In this document: positions 10,175 to 19,117 of the stretch, one piece after another
How the letters are laid out: every line of letters begins with the position of its first letter
Numbering within the stretch: the stretch's first letter is position 1
Source of the DNA: Candidatus Kapaibacterium sp.
Lineage (GTDB): Bacteria > Bacteroidota > Ignavibacteria > Palsa-1295
Reading direction: 5' to 3'
Assembly: GCA_035632315.1 (NCBI GenBank)
Contig: DASQGZ010000048.1
Location: 64,740-128,739, forward strand
Length of the DNA: 64,000 nt
Position numbers and translations under genes: made by a program
Notes under the pieces: model-generated
The model's database searches: none
Told to the model about the DNA's origin: nothing
What the model saw: only the letters and a program-made list of their open reading frames with translations

Positions 10175-12039
10175 TCGAGGGTGAAGTAGAACGATCTTCG
10201 ACGACGAACGGATTACCGGTCGCCCCCGGTATGGAAATGGCACTTGCCGGGATCGATGTCCCTCGTGAGCAGGCCATCTTCGACCGCCGCTCGATCGTTC
10301 TTACTGCTGGGTGTATGGCTCTTGCCATTGCCGCGGTATTTATAGCGCAAGGATTACAAGCGCTGATCGCATTTTTCACAAATCTATTTTTCTACGGTCA
10401 TTTCTCATTAGCAATCACTTCGCCCGCTGATAATCAGCTTGGCCTTGGCGTGCTTATTATTCCGGTCATCGGCGGCCTCATCGTCGGGGTGATGGCGCGG
10501 TTCGGTTCGAGCGCCATCAGAGGACACGGCATTCCCGAAGCAATGGAGCAAGTGCTTCTCAACGAAAGCCGCATTCATCCGTGGATGACATTCTTAAAGC
10601 CGATCTCATCGGCGATCGCGATCGGCAGCGGCGGACCGTTCGGTGCGGAGGGGCCAATTATTGCAACCGGCGGCGCACTCGGATCCGTGATCGGGCAGTT
10701 ATTGCCCATCACTGCGAATGAACGAAAAATATTGCTGACTGCCGGAGCAGCAGCAGGTATGACCGCGATATTTGGCACACCCGTCGCCGCGATCTTGCTC
10801 TCGATCGAATTATTATTATTCGAATTCAAAGCACGCTCGATCATTCCGATCGCGCTTGCGTCGGTAACAGCAGCGACTATCCGATATGCTCTCATCGGCA
10901 ATAAAGTGATCTTTGCGATGCCGAACCTCACTGAACCCGGTGCGTTGGCACTTACAATATATCTGGCGATCGGCGTCGTTGTCGGTGTTTGTTCTGTGTA
11001 TGTCAGTAAATTGGTCTATCTCGTTGAAGATCTCTTCGAAAAACTTCCGATCCATTGGATGTGGTGGCCGGCGATCGGCGCTGTTGCAGTTGGTATCTGC
11101 GGTTATTTCGTCCCGAGAACGCTTGGGGTCGGATACAACAACATTACAGATATTCTGACACATTCGCTTGCAACACAGACAGTACTAATTCTCTGTCTAG
11201 TAAAATTTATTTCGTGGGCGATCTCACTTGGAAGCGGAACATCGGGCGGAACGATGGCACCGCTTTTTACGATCGGCAGCGGACTCGGAATGCTGTTTGG
11301 TGTGATTGCATTGTGGCTCTTCCCAAACGTCGGGGTCGATCTGAGAATGGCAGCGCTCGTCGGCATGGCGGCACTTTTTGCCGGTGCAACGCGGGCGCTC
11401 TTGACGTCGGTAGTCTTGGCATTCGAAACAACTCTGCAACCTATCAGCCTCTTACCAGTGATCGGTGGGTGCTCGGCGGCGTATGTCGTCTCGAGCATTA
11501 TGATGAAGAATACGATCATGACGGAAAAGATCGCTCGGCGCGGTGTGCGCGTTCCGAGCGAATATCAAGCTGATTTTCTTGACCGCATTCTTGTCCGCGA
11601 TCTCGATCTTGCCGCACCGATCACCCTTGATGCTTCGCGAACGCTTGAGTCCGTTCGCGAGTGGATCGCCACCGGCACACCGGGTTCCGAACACCAAGGA
11701 TTTCCCGTACTCGAAAATGGAAATCTGATCGGCGTTATTACACGGCGCGACATCATCAGTCCGCGAATGAGCGGTGAAGCCAGTCTAAAAGATATTATTT
11801 CAAGGGCACCTATTTGTGTCTATGACGATTGTACGCTTCGCGAATCTGCCGATCATATGGTATCCCATAATGTTGGGAGACTGCCGGTGATCTCGCGAAC
11901 AACCCCTCCAAAATTGATCGGCATTATCACACGAAGTGATCTGCTCGCTGCTCACCGACAGCGCCTGGAAGAACATTATAAAGAACATCAGACGCTTCGC
12001 TTCAAACAAGTTTGGTCACCAAAGAAAGAGGAGACATGA
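10171..12039 (+). CDS. ClC family voltage-gated chloride channel / H+-Cl- antiporter with C-terminal tandem CBS domains
   Basis: GSGIPE-like (RGHGIPE) and GSGGPFGAEGP selectivity motifs, multiple TM segments and C-terminal CBS pairs. It overlaps the marR stop by 4 nt. Confidence 0.9.
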   Translation: MIEGEVERSSTTNGLPVAPGMEMALAGIDVPREQAIFDRRSIVLTAGCMALAIAAVFIAQGLQALIAFFTNLFFYGHFSLAITSPADNQLGLGVLIIPVIGGLIVGVMARFGSSAIRGHGIPEAMEQVLLNESRIHPWMTFLKPISSAIAIGSGGPFGAEGPIIATGGALGSVIGQLLPITANERKILLTAGAAAGMTAIFGTPVAAILLSIELLLFEFKARSIIPIALASVTAATIRYALIGNKVIFAMPNLTEPGALALTIYLAIGVVVGVCSVYVSKLVYLVEDLFEKLPIHWMWWPAIGAVAVGICGYFVPRTLGVGYNNITDILTHSLATQTVLILCLVKFISWAISLGSGTSGGTMAPLFTIGSGLGMLFGVIALWLFPNVGVDLRMAALVGMAALFAGATRALLTSVVLAFETTLQPISLLPVIGGCSAAYVVSSIMMKNTIMTEKIARRGVRVPSEYQADFLDRILVRDLDLAAPITLDASRTLESVREWIATGTPGSEHQGFPVLENGNLIGVITRRDIISPRMSGEASLKDIISRAPICVYDDCTLRESADHMVSHNVGRLPVISRTTPPKLIGIITRSDLLAAHRQRLEEHYKEHQTLRFKQVWSPKKEET

Positions 12040-12071
12040 GAATAGCAATATTCTCACTGGGTAAAAAGGGA

Positions 12072-12112
12072 AGCCCCTGCCAACTGTGTGCTGCCGGCGG
12101 GGGCTTTTTATT
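12072..12112. terminator. Bidirectional rho-independent terminator between convergent genes
   Basis: AGCCCCTGCC...GGCGGGGGCT stem followed by TTTTATT. Confidence 0.5.
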
Positions 12113-12144
12113 AAAGCCATCGATCAAACCGAAAGAGATTCTTT

Positions 12145-13167
12145 TCAGTAGAACAGGTCGGTAAATTTTCCGTTACGAACAGTAACGGGCGAACGGGATG
12201 AACCATCTTCTATATTGAACATAAATGTCCCTGAAATGCGGCGGCGAATCGTGTCGAAATCAGAAATGACAACCGCACTGGGGACGAGTGTCCGATTTGT
12301 ATCAGCAAACGCAAGCTCATTTTTCCCGCTCGATGAATCGAATCCATATTTACTGTAGATCGCGAAACCGGGCTCAATGTCAAATGTGCCGGGATGAATC
12401 GGTTTCCGAATGAGCATTGAAAAAGATTCATATCCGTCGGTCTTTGATTCGTCTGTCCGCATAACGATCGCAAAGTGTTCGCTGCTGCGGCCTTGACCAT
12501 TAATGTTTCCGAACCCATCGAATAATTTTGCCGACGAAAATCCGGATGTCCAGTTGGTACCGGCGATATCGGCCGTCATCACTTGCCCGCCTGCTTCACC
12601 TAATCTGAAATACAGATCGGTGAATGAGCCCTCCATCAAATGCTGAGTCTTTGTCAGAGGTGTATATATCATACATGTAAATATTCCGGAAATGCGTTTC
12701 GCGAGCGTATCTACTTTTGTAATTTGGAGTGATCCGCTGAGCGTTTTCTGAACCAGAATATTCGTCAGGCTGTCATTAAAACGGTAGCTGATCTGTGCGA
12801 CCCCGGCAAACGCACTGTCGGATATCGGGTACACCCCTGTCTTGACATCGACATCCAGCAGCATCAACGAAAGATAAACCGAGTCGGCATTCAGATCGAA
12901 ATTCAGAACGGAGTGAAATCCCCTGTCGAGATAATAACTATACTCATCTTTCATCGCCTGTCCTTGATAATATTCGGCATAATCGAAATTATCATTGAAG
13001 GGAAATTGCACGCCATCAATAAATATCGCGGAAAGCCCTGCCTGCGCAAGAGGATGATTATAGATAACCGTCTGATCTCCCGGGGCAGACACAGATGTAT
13101 CTTTGCACCCAAGAACACCATAGATGAGTGCCGTAATTACCGAAAATATTGCGACCGTTCTTTTCAT
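12145..13167 (-). CDS. Hypothetical lipoprotein
   Basis: Lipobox signal (VLGC). No recognisable catalytic motifs. Confidence 0.45.
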   Translation of the reverse strand: MKRTVAIFSVITALIYGVLGCKDTSVSAPGDQTVIYNHPLAQAGLSAIFIDGVQFPFNDNFDYAEYYQGQAMKDEYSYYLDRGFHSVLNFDLNADSVYLSLMLLDVDVKTGVYPISDSAFAGVAQISYRFNDSLTNILVQKTLSGSLQITKVDTLAKRISGIFTCMIYTPLTKTQHLMEGSFTDLYFRLGEAGGQVMTADIAGTNWTSGFSSAKLFDGFGNINGQGRSSEHFAIVMRTDESKTDGYESFSMLIRKPIHPGTFDIEPGFAIYSKYGFDSSSGKNELAFADTNRTLVPSAVVISDFDTIRRRISGTFMFNIEDGSSRSPVTVRNGKFTDLFY

Positions 13168-13283
13168 TTTGAGATAGCCAGCCGTTCTTTATTAGACACG
13201 TTCGATCTCGCTTTATTCCACATCTGCGACACCGTCAAGAACATTCATTCCCGGTCAAAATTCCACCAAGCCGGAACCACTCT

Positions 13284-13329
13284 ATAGGTGCCTATTCGTT
13301 TTATAAGAGTAGGTAAAATGGGCACCTAT
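13284..13329. promoter_or_regulatory. Two copies of the near-palindrome ATAGG(TG/CA)CCTAT in the Y-family polymerase promoter. The second copy overlaps the start codon. This is a candidate repressor operator.
   Basis: ATAGGTGCCTAT at 13284-13295 and ATGGGCACCTAT at 13318-13329. The same 12-mer recurs upstream of the VOC gene at 17592. Confidence 0.3.
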
Positions 13330-14713
13330 GGTTTCTGTTATCGATTGCAATAATTTCTACATCTCCTGCGAGCGGAAGCTCGACCCGTCACTCGAGAAGC
13401 GGCCGGTCGTGGTGCTGTCGAATAACGACGGCGTGGTGATCTCGCGCTCGAATGAAGTAAAAGCGATGGGTGTCACAATGGCAGGGGCTGCCTACCAGTA
13501 TCGCGACTTGTTCAAAAAACACAACGTCAAAGTCTTCAGCGCGAACTTCAATTATTATATGCAGATCTCCGAACAAGTGATGTCGGTGATCCGCGATTAT
13601 TCACCGGAGGTCGAAGTCTATTCGGTTGATGAGGCTTTTATCAATTTGCGCGGCTTAGAGTGGAAGAAGCCGGCGATCTACCTCAAGGGACTTCGCGACC
13701 GAATTTGGGACGAGATCGGCATTCCTGTTTCTGTCGGCATCGCAGAAACGAAAACGCTTGCGAAGGCAGCGACCGAATTTTGCAAAAAAGACGAATCGTT
13801 CGGCGGCGTGATGGATCTCTACGATAATCCAAAACGAAATGATTATCTGCGTACGCTGCCTGTCGGCGATTTGTGGGGCGTCGGCAGACAATTCAATATC
13901 TTTCTTGAACAACAGAACATCAAAACAGCACTCCAGCTTATTGAACAGCCAGATGAGTGGATACTGCGGCATTTGCATATCGGCGGATTAAAAATGGTGT
14001 GGGAGCTTCGCGGCATTCCGTGCATTCCGGTCGAGGCAAATCTCGCGCCGCCAAAGCAGATCATGCGCTCGCGTTCGTTCGGACGCTATATCACCACAAA
14101 AAGCGAACTCAAAGAAGCCGCCGCTCTCTTCATCAGTATGGCTGCAGAATCGCTTCGCGCACATAAACTCGTCGCAGGCGTTGCCGGTGTATTTGTGCAT
14201 ACCAACCGATTCAACGACGATCCGAAATATTCGAACTCGCTCGCTGACGCGCTGTCGGAACCGACGGCATATACTCCCGCGCTGATCGCGCATATTCATC
14301 GGTTGGTCGATCTGATCTTTAAGGACGGATTTAAATATCAGAAGGTTGGCGTCATCCTCACTGATCTCGGTCCTGCCGAAAAAATGCAACTGACATTTTC
14401 GTATGATGAAACCTCCCTTAGCAAGCGCGAAGCTGTGATGCGCGCACTCGACAAACTCAATGCAAAATACCGCGAAAATCATTTGGTAATGCTTGCCGCC
14501 GAAGGCATCGAACATGGCTGGCACTCGAAACAGGAACATCTGTCAACTACAAAACCGACATACGTCGAACCGACCGAGCGAACCAGATTCCTGACGACGG
14601 TTTCTGTCCCCGGCATACCACAGCGCCCGAAGAAAGATCACACGCTCGAACCCGCAATGCAATCCCGTGCGCTCGGGAAGCAGGTTGCCGAACGATTGAT
14701 GGCAAACTCATAG
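13328..14713 (+). CDS. Y-family translesion DNA polymerase (UmuC / DinB-like)
   Basis: N-terminus IDCNNFYISCERKLDP...VVVLSNNDG is typical of UmuC/ImpB. It is 461 aa. Confidence 0.85.
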   Translation: MVSVIDCNNFYISCERKLDPSLEKRPVVVLSNNDGVVISRSNEVKAMGVTMAGAAYQYRDLFKKHNVKVFSANFNYYMQISEQVMSVIRDYSPEVEVYSVDEAFINLRGLEWKKPAIYLKGLRDRIWDEIGIPVSVGIAETKTLAKAATEFCKKDESFGGVMDLYDNPKRNDYLRTLPVGDLWGVGRQFNIFLEQQNIKTALQLIEQPDEWILRHLHIGGLKMVWELRGIPCIPVEANLAPPKQIMRSRSFGRYITTKSELKEAAALFISMAAESLRAHKLVAGVAGVFVHTNRFNDDPKYSNSLADALSEPTAYTPALIAHIHRLVDLIFKDGFKYQKVGVILTDLGPAEKMQLTFSYDETSLSKREAVMRALDKLNAKYRENHLVMLAAEGIEHGWHSKQEHLSTTKPTYVEPTERTRFLTTVSVPGIPQRPKKDHTLEPAMQSRALGKQVAERLMANS

Positions 14714-14728
14714 AAATGTAAATTAAAA

Positions 14729-14757
14729 ATGTAAAATTACGCGTCATAATTTTACAT
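14729..14757. terminator. Hairpin ATGTAAAATTA-cgcgtca-TAATTTTACAT between convergent genes
   Basis: Perfect 11-bp inverted repeat, AT-rich. Confidence 0.4.
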
Positions 14758-16077
14758 CTACTTCTCGTATCTTCGGAGTCCCACAAGTTTGTAATTATCC
14801 TCGTCAAGCGCTCGGACCAGTACATCGCGATGCTGATAGAGCGAGATCGTTGAATAATTTTTCATTGCGATCGCGGCATACATGATCATTGCTGATGCAA
14901 ATGTTGTGTACGTAAGACGCTGTACCCATTTCTTTTCTAACGGCTTACATAAAGCGTAGAATGCGTACAGAACCATCAGCGGGAAAAACAACACCGCCGC
15001 ATGAGACGGCGGATCGACATGTGAGAATAACGATGATACGAAAAAAAGAAGAAAGCCGCCAAGAGCCAGAATAGCAACATTGCGGAACATCGCATCGCCG
15101 TGTTTTTTCGAGAAGAAGTTATAGAGCAAAAAGATCGACAGTGCGACGCCGATCACGCCGACAAAACCTGTAAACGGCGCCGCCCAAACATAGTCCTTCA
15201 TAAATTGCATTCGCTCTTCCGTATTACCGCCAATGAAGCGCGTAACATCGAAACTTGCATACGCGAGATATGTTGAAAGCATTTTGAAAATATCTCCGGC
15301 GTGCTCGAGGTGCAGCTCCACCATTCCGGAGACACTTTTCCCTTTTTCGGATGCAAGTCCGTAATTCAACAACGTCGGAATAAGCAAACTGCCGCTTGTT
15401 AAACATCCCGCAAGGAACGATGCAGTATTTGTAGCGATCGTTTTGACGTTTTTTGTTTTTAGTAAATAATAAAATGCAACTACAGTAAACGGACCGAGCA
15501 AAACCCACGACATGTGCAGTTGAAAAATCCAGAAGATACCAAAGCCGAAAAAGAAATAGCAGAGCGGCTTTGGCAGGATGTTCATTCGCAGCGGCTCGTA
15601 TGTTTCAAAGACACCGATGAAGAATAATATCGCTCCGGGGATAACGTGCGACGGATTGACAAGCCGCGTGAAGTAGCATACCGACCACGGGATTAGAAGT
15701 ACATACACCCAAATAAGCAATTTATTTATCTGCGGCAATCGTTTTGAAGCGTACCACGCAAAGAATCCGAGGCTGAGTGTTAATAATATATTCAACGTGA
15801 TATACGGCGCTTCCGGGATCTTCCAGACATACCACATCGCCGAAACAAGATATCCTTGCAATGCTCCGGGGATCTGAGAACCGTTATAGACAAGGTCGGC
15901 GCCGAAGAACGGATAGGTGTGTGTCGTAAACGATTTTAATCCGATGAGATAGATCTGCAGAACGTCTTCGTCAGGAAACCAGAATTCCGTTGTGAGGCTA
16001 TAAATAAATCTGAGGACGACAATTACACAAACGATAATGATAAAACCATACTTGTAGCGAGTATTTGTTGCTGCCAT
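14758..16077 (-). CDS. Polytopic membrane protein, possibly a GT-C fold glycosyltransferase (ArnT/PMT-like)
   Basis: 439 aa with more than 10 predicted TM helices and an N-terminal periplasmic-loop FPDED motif reminiscent of GT-C DE motifs. Confidence 0.4.
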   Translation of the reverse strand: MAATNTRYKYGFIIIVCVIVVLRFIYSLTTEFWFPDEDVLQIYLIGLKSFTTHTYPFFGADLVYNGSQIPGALQGYLVSAMWYVWKIPEAPYITLNILLTLSLGFFAWYASKRLPQINKLLIWVYVLLIPWSVCYFTRLVNPSHVIPGAILFFIGVFETYEPLRMNILPKPLCYFFFGFGIFWIFQLHMSWVLLGPFTVVAFYYLLKTKNVKTIATNTASFLAGCLTSGSLLIPTLLNYGLASEKGKSVSGMVELHLEHAGDIFKMLSTYLAYASFDVTRFIGGNTEERMQFMKDYVWAAPFTGFVGVIGVALSIFLLYNFFSKKHGDAMFRNVAILALGGFLLFFVSSLFSHVDPPSHAAVLFFPLMVLYAFYALCKPLEKKWVQRLTYTTFASAMIMYAAIAMKNYSTISLYQHRDVLVRALDEDNYKLVGLRRYEK

Positions 16078-16144
16078 TCTTTGATAACACTATTACATCC
16101 ACCGAAATCTCCGCTTTTCGATCGCTTTAAAGAATGTGTTGCGT

Positions 16145-16603
16145 TTACTCAAGCAGCCAATAAATCTCCGTCACTAATTTCGACGGATCGGGCTCAGTGC
16201 GCGGGTCGGATCGATACACTTCCCAGCACGGACCTTTCGGCTGTTTGTCGAGTGAGCCGACGTACTCGCGCATTTGCATCCATGCAGCTTGCAAGCCGCT
16301 ATACGGACCGGTATATTTCAAATATGCCGCCATTCCGCCGGGAATGGCATCCATCGTCATATCTCCGGACGAGGCGACATCATTTGCAATCGGCATACCA
16401 AGTTCTATTACGACATTATTCTCAACAAAATCGTGATAAATACACAGTGGCGCTCCGGCCATCTGTACGCCTGTTTCCGCAATGTACCCCCACATTTTCG
16501 GGTACCACTCATCAAAGAGCGACATAAACTCTTTCATTGTGGAGTGTTTCGTAACGCTCAATATGCGCTGTGACGGAATTGTTTTCGTGATTATTTCAGG
16601 CAT
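16145..16603 (-). CDS. GyrI-like / AraC-effector-binding domain small-molecule-binding protein
   Basis: 152 aa with overall similarity to the GyrI-like domain family. Confidence 0.55.
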   Translation of the reverse strand: MPEIITKTIPSQRILSVTKHSTMKEFMSLFDEWYPKMWGYIAETGVQMAGAPLCIYHDFVENNVVIELGMPIANDVASSGDMTMDAIPGGMAAYLKYTGPYSGLQAAWMQMREYVGSLDKQPKGPCWEVYRSDPRTEPDPSKLVTEIYWLLE

Positions 16604-16628
16604 TACTCAGATGGTATTTACTCATTAC

Positions 16629-16750
16629 ATCGTTGTCATTGCGAGCGAAACGAAGTGAAGCGAAGCAATCTAAAATATTTCAAATTATGTAACGCTTGAA
16701 TCATTTTTAGATTGCTTCGGTCGCTGCGCGACTCTCGCAATGACATCGTT
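16629..16750. repeat. Palindromic intergenic repeat, copy A. Two inverted units, each with GTCATTGCGAG ... CGAAGCAATCTAAAA around a variable core.
   Basis: Left arm 16635-16675 and right arm 16705-16745. Cores differ between the arms. The loop is ~30 nt. Confidence 0.6.
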
Positions 16751-16789
16751 AATACATTGTATAAAAGGAAAGTCCTCTTAATCTTACAT

Positions 16790-17566
16790 TCACTTCACCG
16801 CCATTTGATAGATCGCAAATCCGGCATGCTGCGGATCGTCGAGCACAGCGAAGCGCCCCATGTTCGGGATATCCTGCGGTCCGACGAAGACCTGTGCGCC
16901 GAGCGATTTTGCGAGCTCCGCCGTTTTGTCGCAATCGGCAACCATTACATACGACATCCAATGCGGCGGGACTTCGCCCCACTCTTTTTGGATCTGCATC
17001 ATACCACCGATGGATACGCCGTCGCTGTTCTTCCATTCGGCGTAATTCGCGTCACCGCCTGTCGTCCAGCCGAAGAGCGATGTATAGAATTTCTTTGCGC
17101 CTTCGATGTCGTTCGTGTAAAGCTCCCACCAGCAGAACGCACCGTTCTCGCCAACAAGCGAAGCACCCGGGAATTTGACCGGCTGCCAAAGGCAGATCAT
17201 TCCGCCGGTTGGATCTTTGACGATTGACATTCTGCCGTGTTCCATCACATCGAACGGCTCCATCAGAATTTGTCCGCCGAGCGATGCTGCTTTCTTTGTG
17301 GACTCATCGACATTTGTGACGGAGACGTACACATTCCAATGCGGCGGAATGCCGCGATCCATTTGTGCTTTATCCATTCCGTAGAGCGCTCCGACCGGCT
17401 TACCGCCGATCTCGAGCATCGTATAGAACTGGTCGGGTCCCATCGGGGAGTCGTTGATGTCCCAGCCGAAGACTTTGGAATAAAAGGACTTAGCCGCAGC
17501 CTGATCGCTGGTGACAAGCTCACACCAGCTAAAATTACCGGGCTTGTATGAGGTTACTGTTGCCAT
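16790..17566 (-). CDS. Tandem-domain VOC (glyoxalase / bleomycin-resistance / dioxygenase) family protein
   Basis: 258 aa with two glyoxalase-like halves (FGW...G...ICLWQ and FGWTTGGD...FAIYQ). Confidence 0.75.
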   Translation of the reverse strand: MATVTSYKPGNFSWCELVTSDQAAAKSFYSKVFGWDINDSPMGPDQFYTMLEIGGKPVGALYGMDKAQMDRGIPPHWNVYVSVTNVDESTKKAASLGGQILMEPFDVMEHGRMSIVKDPTGGMICLWQPVKFPGASLVGENGAFCWWELYTNDIEGAKKFYTSLFGWTTGGDANYAEWKNSDGVSIGGMMQIQKEWGEVPPHWMSYVMVADCDKTAELAKSLGAQVFVGPQDIPNMGRFAVLDDPQHAGFAIYQMAVK

Positions 17567-17591
17567 TGTTTCTTGATAATTGATTAATAAA

Positions 17592-17603
17592 AATAGGTGC
17601 CTA
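17592..17603. promoter_or_regulatory. ATAGGTGCCTAT palindrome 26 nt upstream of the VOC gene start
   Basis: Exact copy of the 12-mer found in the polymerase promoter. Confidence 0.3.
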
Positions 17604-17679
17604 TGATTAAGCCTTTTAATATATGAAGAAATTTTCGGAGGTGATGAAGAATTAATACAGCGAAGAAATACAGGTTTCG

Positions 17680-18000
17680 TTATGCCGGCTTCACGCTGAC
17701 CTGTGCATCAATATCATTGAAATAATCCTGACAGATCGCGTCGCCGATCGATGGGATAAGCAGCAGTGCGAGAAAAGCGACAACCTTGCTGATCTTCTCT
17801 TTCGTGATGTCCTCGACAGCCTCTGAATATTGCCAGAGCCACCAAAGATTCACGAACGGAATGATCATAAACCACGCCGACGGAATGTTCGCGCCAAAAC
17901 GGTTCATTTCGTTTTTCGTCTTGACGCGCCAAACGATAATATAAATTCCGAACGTGATAATGCTAAGAAAAAAAACGGCGATCGTGCTGCGTTTTGTCAT
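17680..18000 (-). CDS. Small membrane protein (DUF4234-like)
   Basis: 106 aa with two or three TM helices and an FGIYIIVW motif. Confidence 0.4.
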   Translation of the reverse strand: MTKRSTIAVFFLSIITFGIYIIVWRVKTKNEMNRFGANIPSAWFMIIPFVNLWWLWQYSEAVEDITKEKISKVVAFLALLLIPSIGDAICQDYFNDIDAQVSVKPA

Positions 18001-18140
18001 GGTTGGTGATGAATGAAATGAATTAAGTACAAAGATACGAGCGTTTTATGTACCTGTTTCAATTACATCTGTTACTCAGCTAACAACCCAGGACGGTTTC
18101 ACTTAGCGGAGGCTCTTCTTTCCTAAACATGGCCAGCTCC

Positions 18141-18587
18141 TCACTGTTTCTTATTCGGCTGTCCTTTGCCGGTGGTGATCAAGTTTCGCAAGCTGCCATT
18201 AACGTACGAACCCCATGCATTCGAGCAGATATCGAAGCATTCATATTCGGGGACTAACCCAAGTTGAGTGAAGCGAATCTCGGTTTTATTATCTTTTCGA
18301 GAAACTTCGAAAATAATTTTATTGCCGATCCACTCAGTCTTGTCTTTGGTGAAATTAAAGTAGTTATCTACCACATCCCAAACAACCTTTTTATTCGGAA
18401 TGAACTCCGTTATCTTCATCGTGCTGCGGTGTACGTCTTCATAATGATACTTCCACTCGGCGCCGAGTTTACCGGTACTGCCTTCGATCTCTTCCGACCA
18501 CCATCCCCGAGGATTATTGATCGCTGCGAAAGCTTCTTCGGGAGTTTGATCTACCGAGAACGCCGTCGTGTAATTTTGATTGTTCAT
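18141..18587 (-). CDS. SRPBCC superfamily protein (AHSA1 / activator of Hsp90 ATPase homolog-like)
   Basis: 148 aa. It is a paralog of the next gene (shared QTPEEAFAAINNPR.WW). Confidence 0.65.
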   Translation of the reverse strand: MNNQNYTTAFSVDQTPEEAFAAINNPRGWWSEEIEGSTGKLGAEWKYHYEDVHRSTMKITEFIPNKKVVWDVVDNYFNFTKDKTEWIGNKIIFEVSRKDNKTEIRFTQLGLVPEYECFDICSNAWGSYVNGSLRNLITTGKGQPNKKQ

Positions 18588-18596
18588 ATTGTCTTT

Positions 18597-19040
18597 TTAA
18601 AAAGTAGTTTTTTCCGCGACTCCTGTTGCAATCAGGGTTCGTAAACTTTTACCGACGAGTGACACCCATGCGCTCGAGCAGGCGTCATAACACTCGATCC
18701 CCGGGTATAAGCCGTCGTGCGTGAATCGCACTTCGGTCCGCTCGCCCTTCTTCGCGATATCAAAAGTTATTTTTGTGCCGTCCCACTCGCTTTTATCTTT
18801 GAGAAAATTAAGTTGACTTTCCGATACGAGCCAAACGACTTTCTTGCCTGGAATAAACTCTGTTACGGTCTGTTTGCTGTAGTGATGGGGTTCGTACTGA
18901 TAGGTAAACTCACTCCCAAGTTTATCGCTGTTGCCCTCGAATTCCCCAGTCCACCAGGCGCGGGGATTATTGATAGCTGCAAATGCTTCTTCCGGAGTCT
19001 GATCTACCGTAAAGGCAATTGTGTAATCTGATGTAGTCAT
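18597..19040 (-). CDS. SRPBCC superfamily protein (AHSA1-like), tandem paralog
   Basis: 147 aa, ~50% identical to the neighbouring gene. Confidence 0.65.
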   Translation of the reverse strand: MTTSDYTIAFTVDQTPEEAFAAINNPRAWWTGEFEGNSDKLGSEFTYQYEPHHYSKQTVTEFIPGKKVVWLVSESQLNFLKDKSEWDGTKITFDIAKKGERTEVRFTHDGLYPGIECYDACSSAWVSLVGKSLRTLIATGVAEKTTF

Positions 19041-19117
19041 TTTCTTTATATTTGTTAGTGTTAGAAATTTCAGAAATTAAACCTGTTATTAAATATTGTT
19101 TCATTGAATTGGTATCG

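Noticed and set aside
10575-11573. Several 100-170 aa ORFs in alternative frames and on the antisense strand within the ClC gene
   Set aside because: They are fully overlapped by the ClC reading frame, which has clear family motifs.
16712-17227. Plus-strand ORFs (16712-17227, 16894-17178, 17237-17551 and others) overlapping the VOC gene
   Set aside because: They are antisense to a well-supported coding frame. They have no motifs and their Arg/Ser-rich composition is typical of GC-rich antisense frames.
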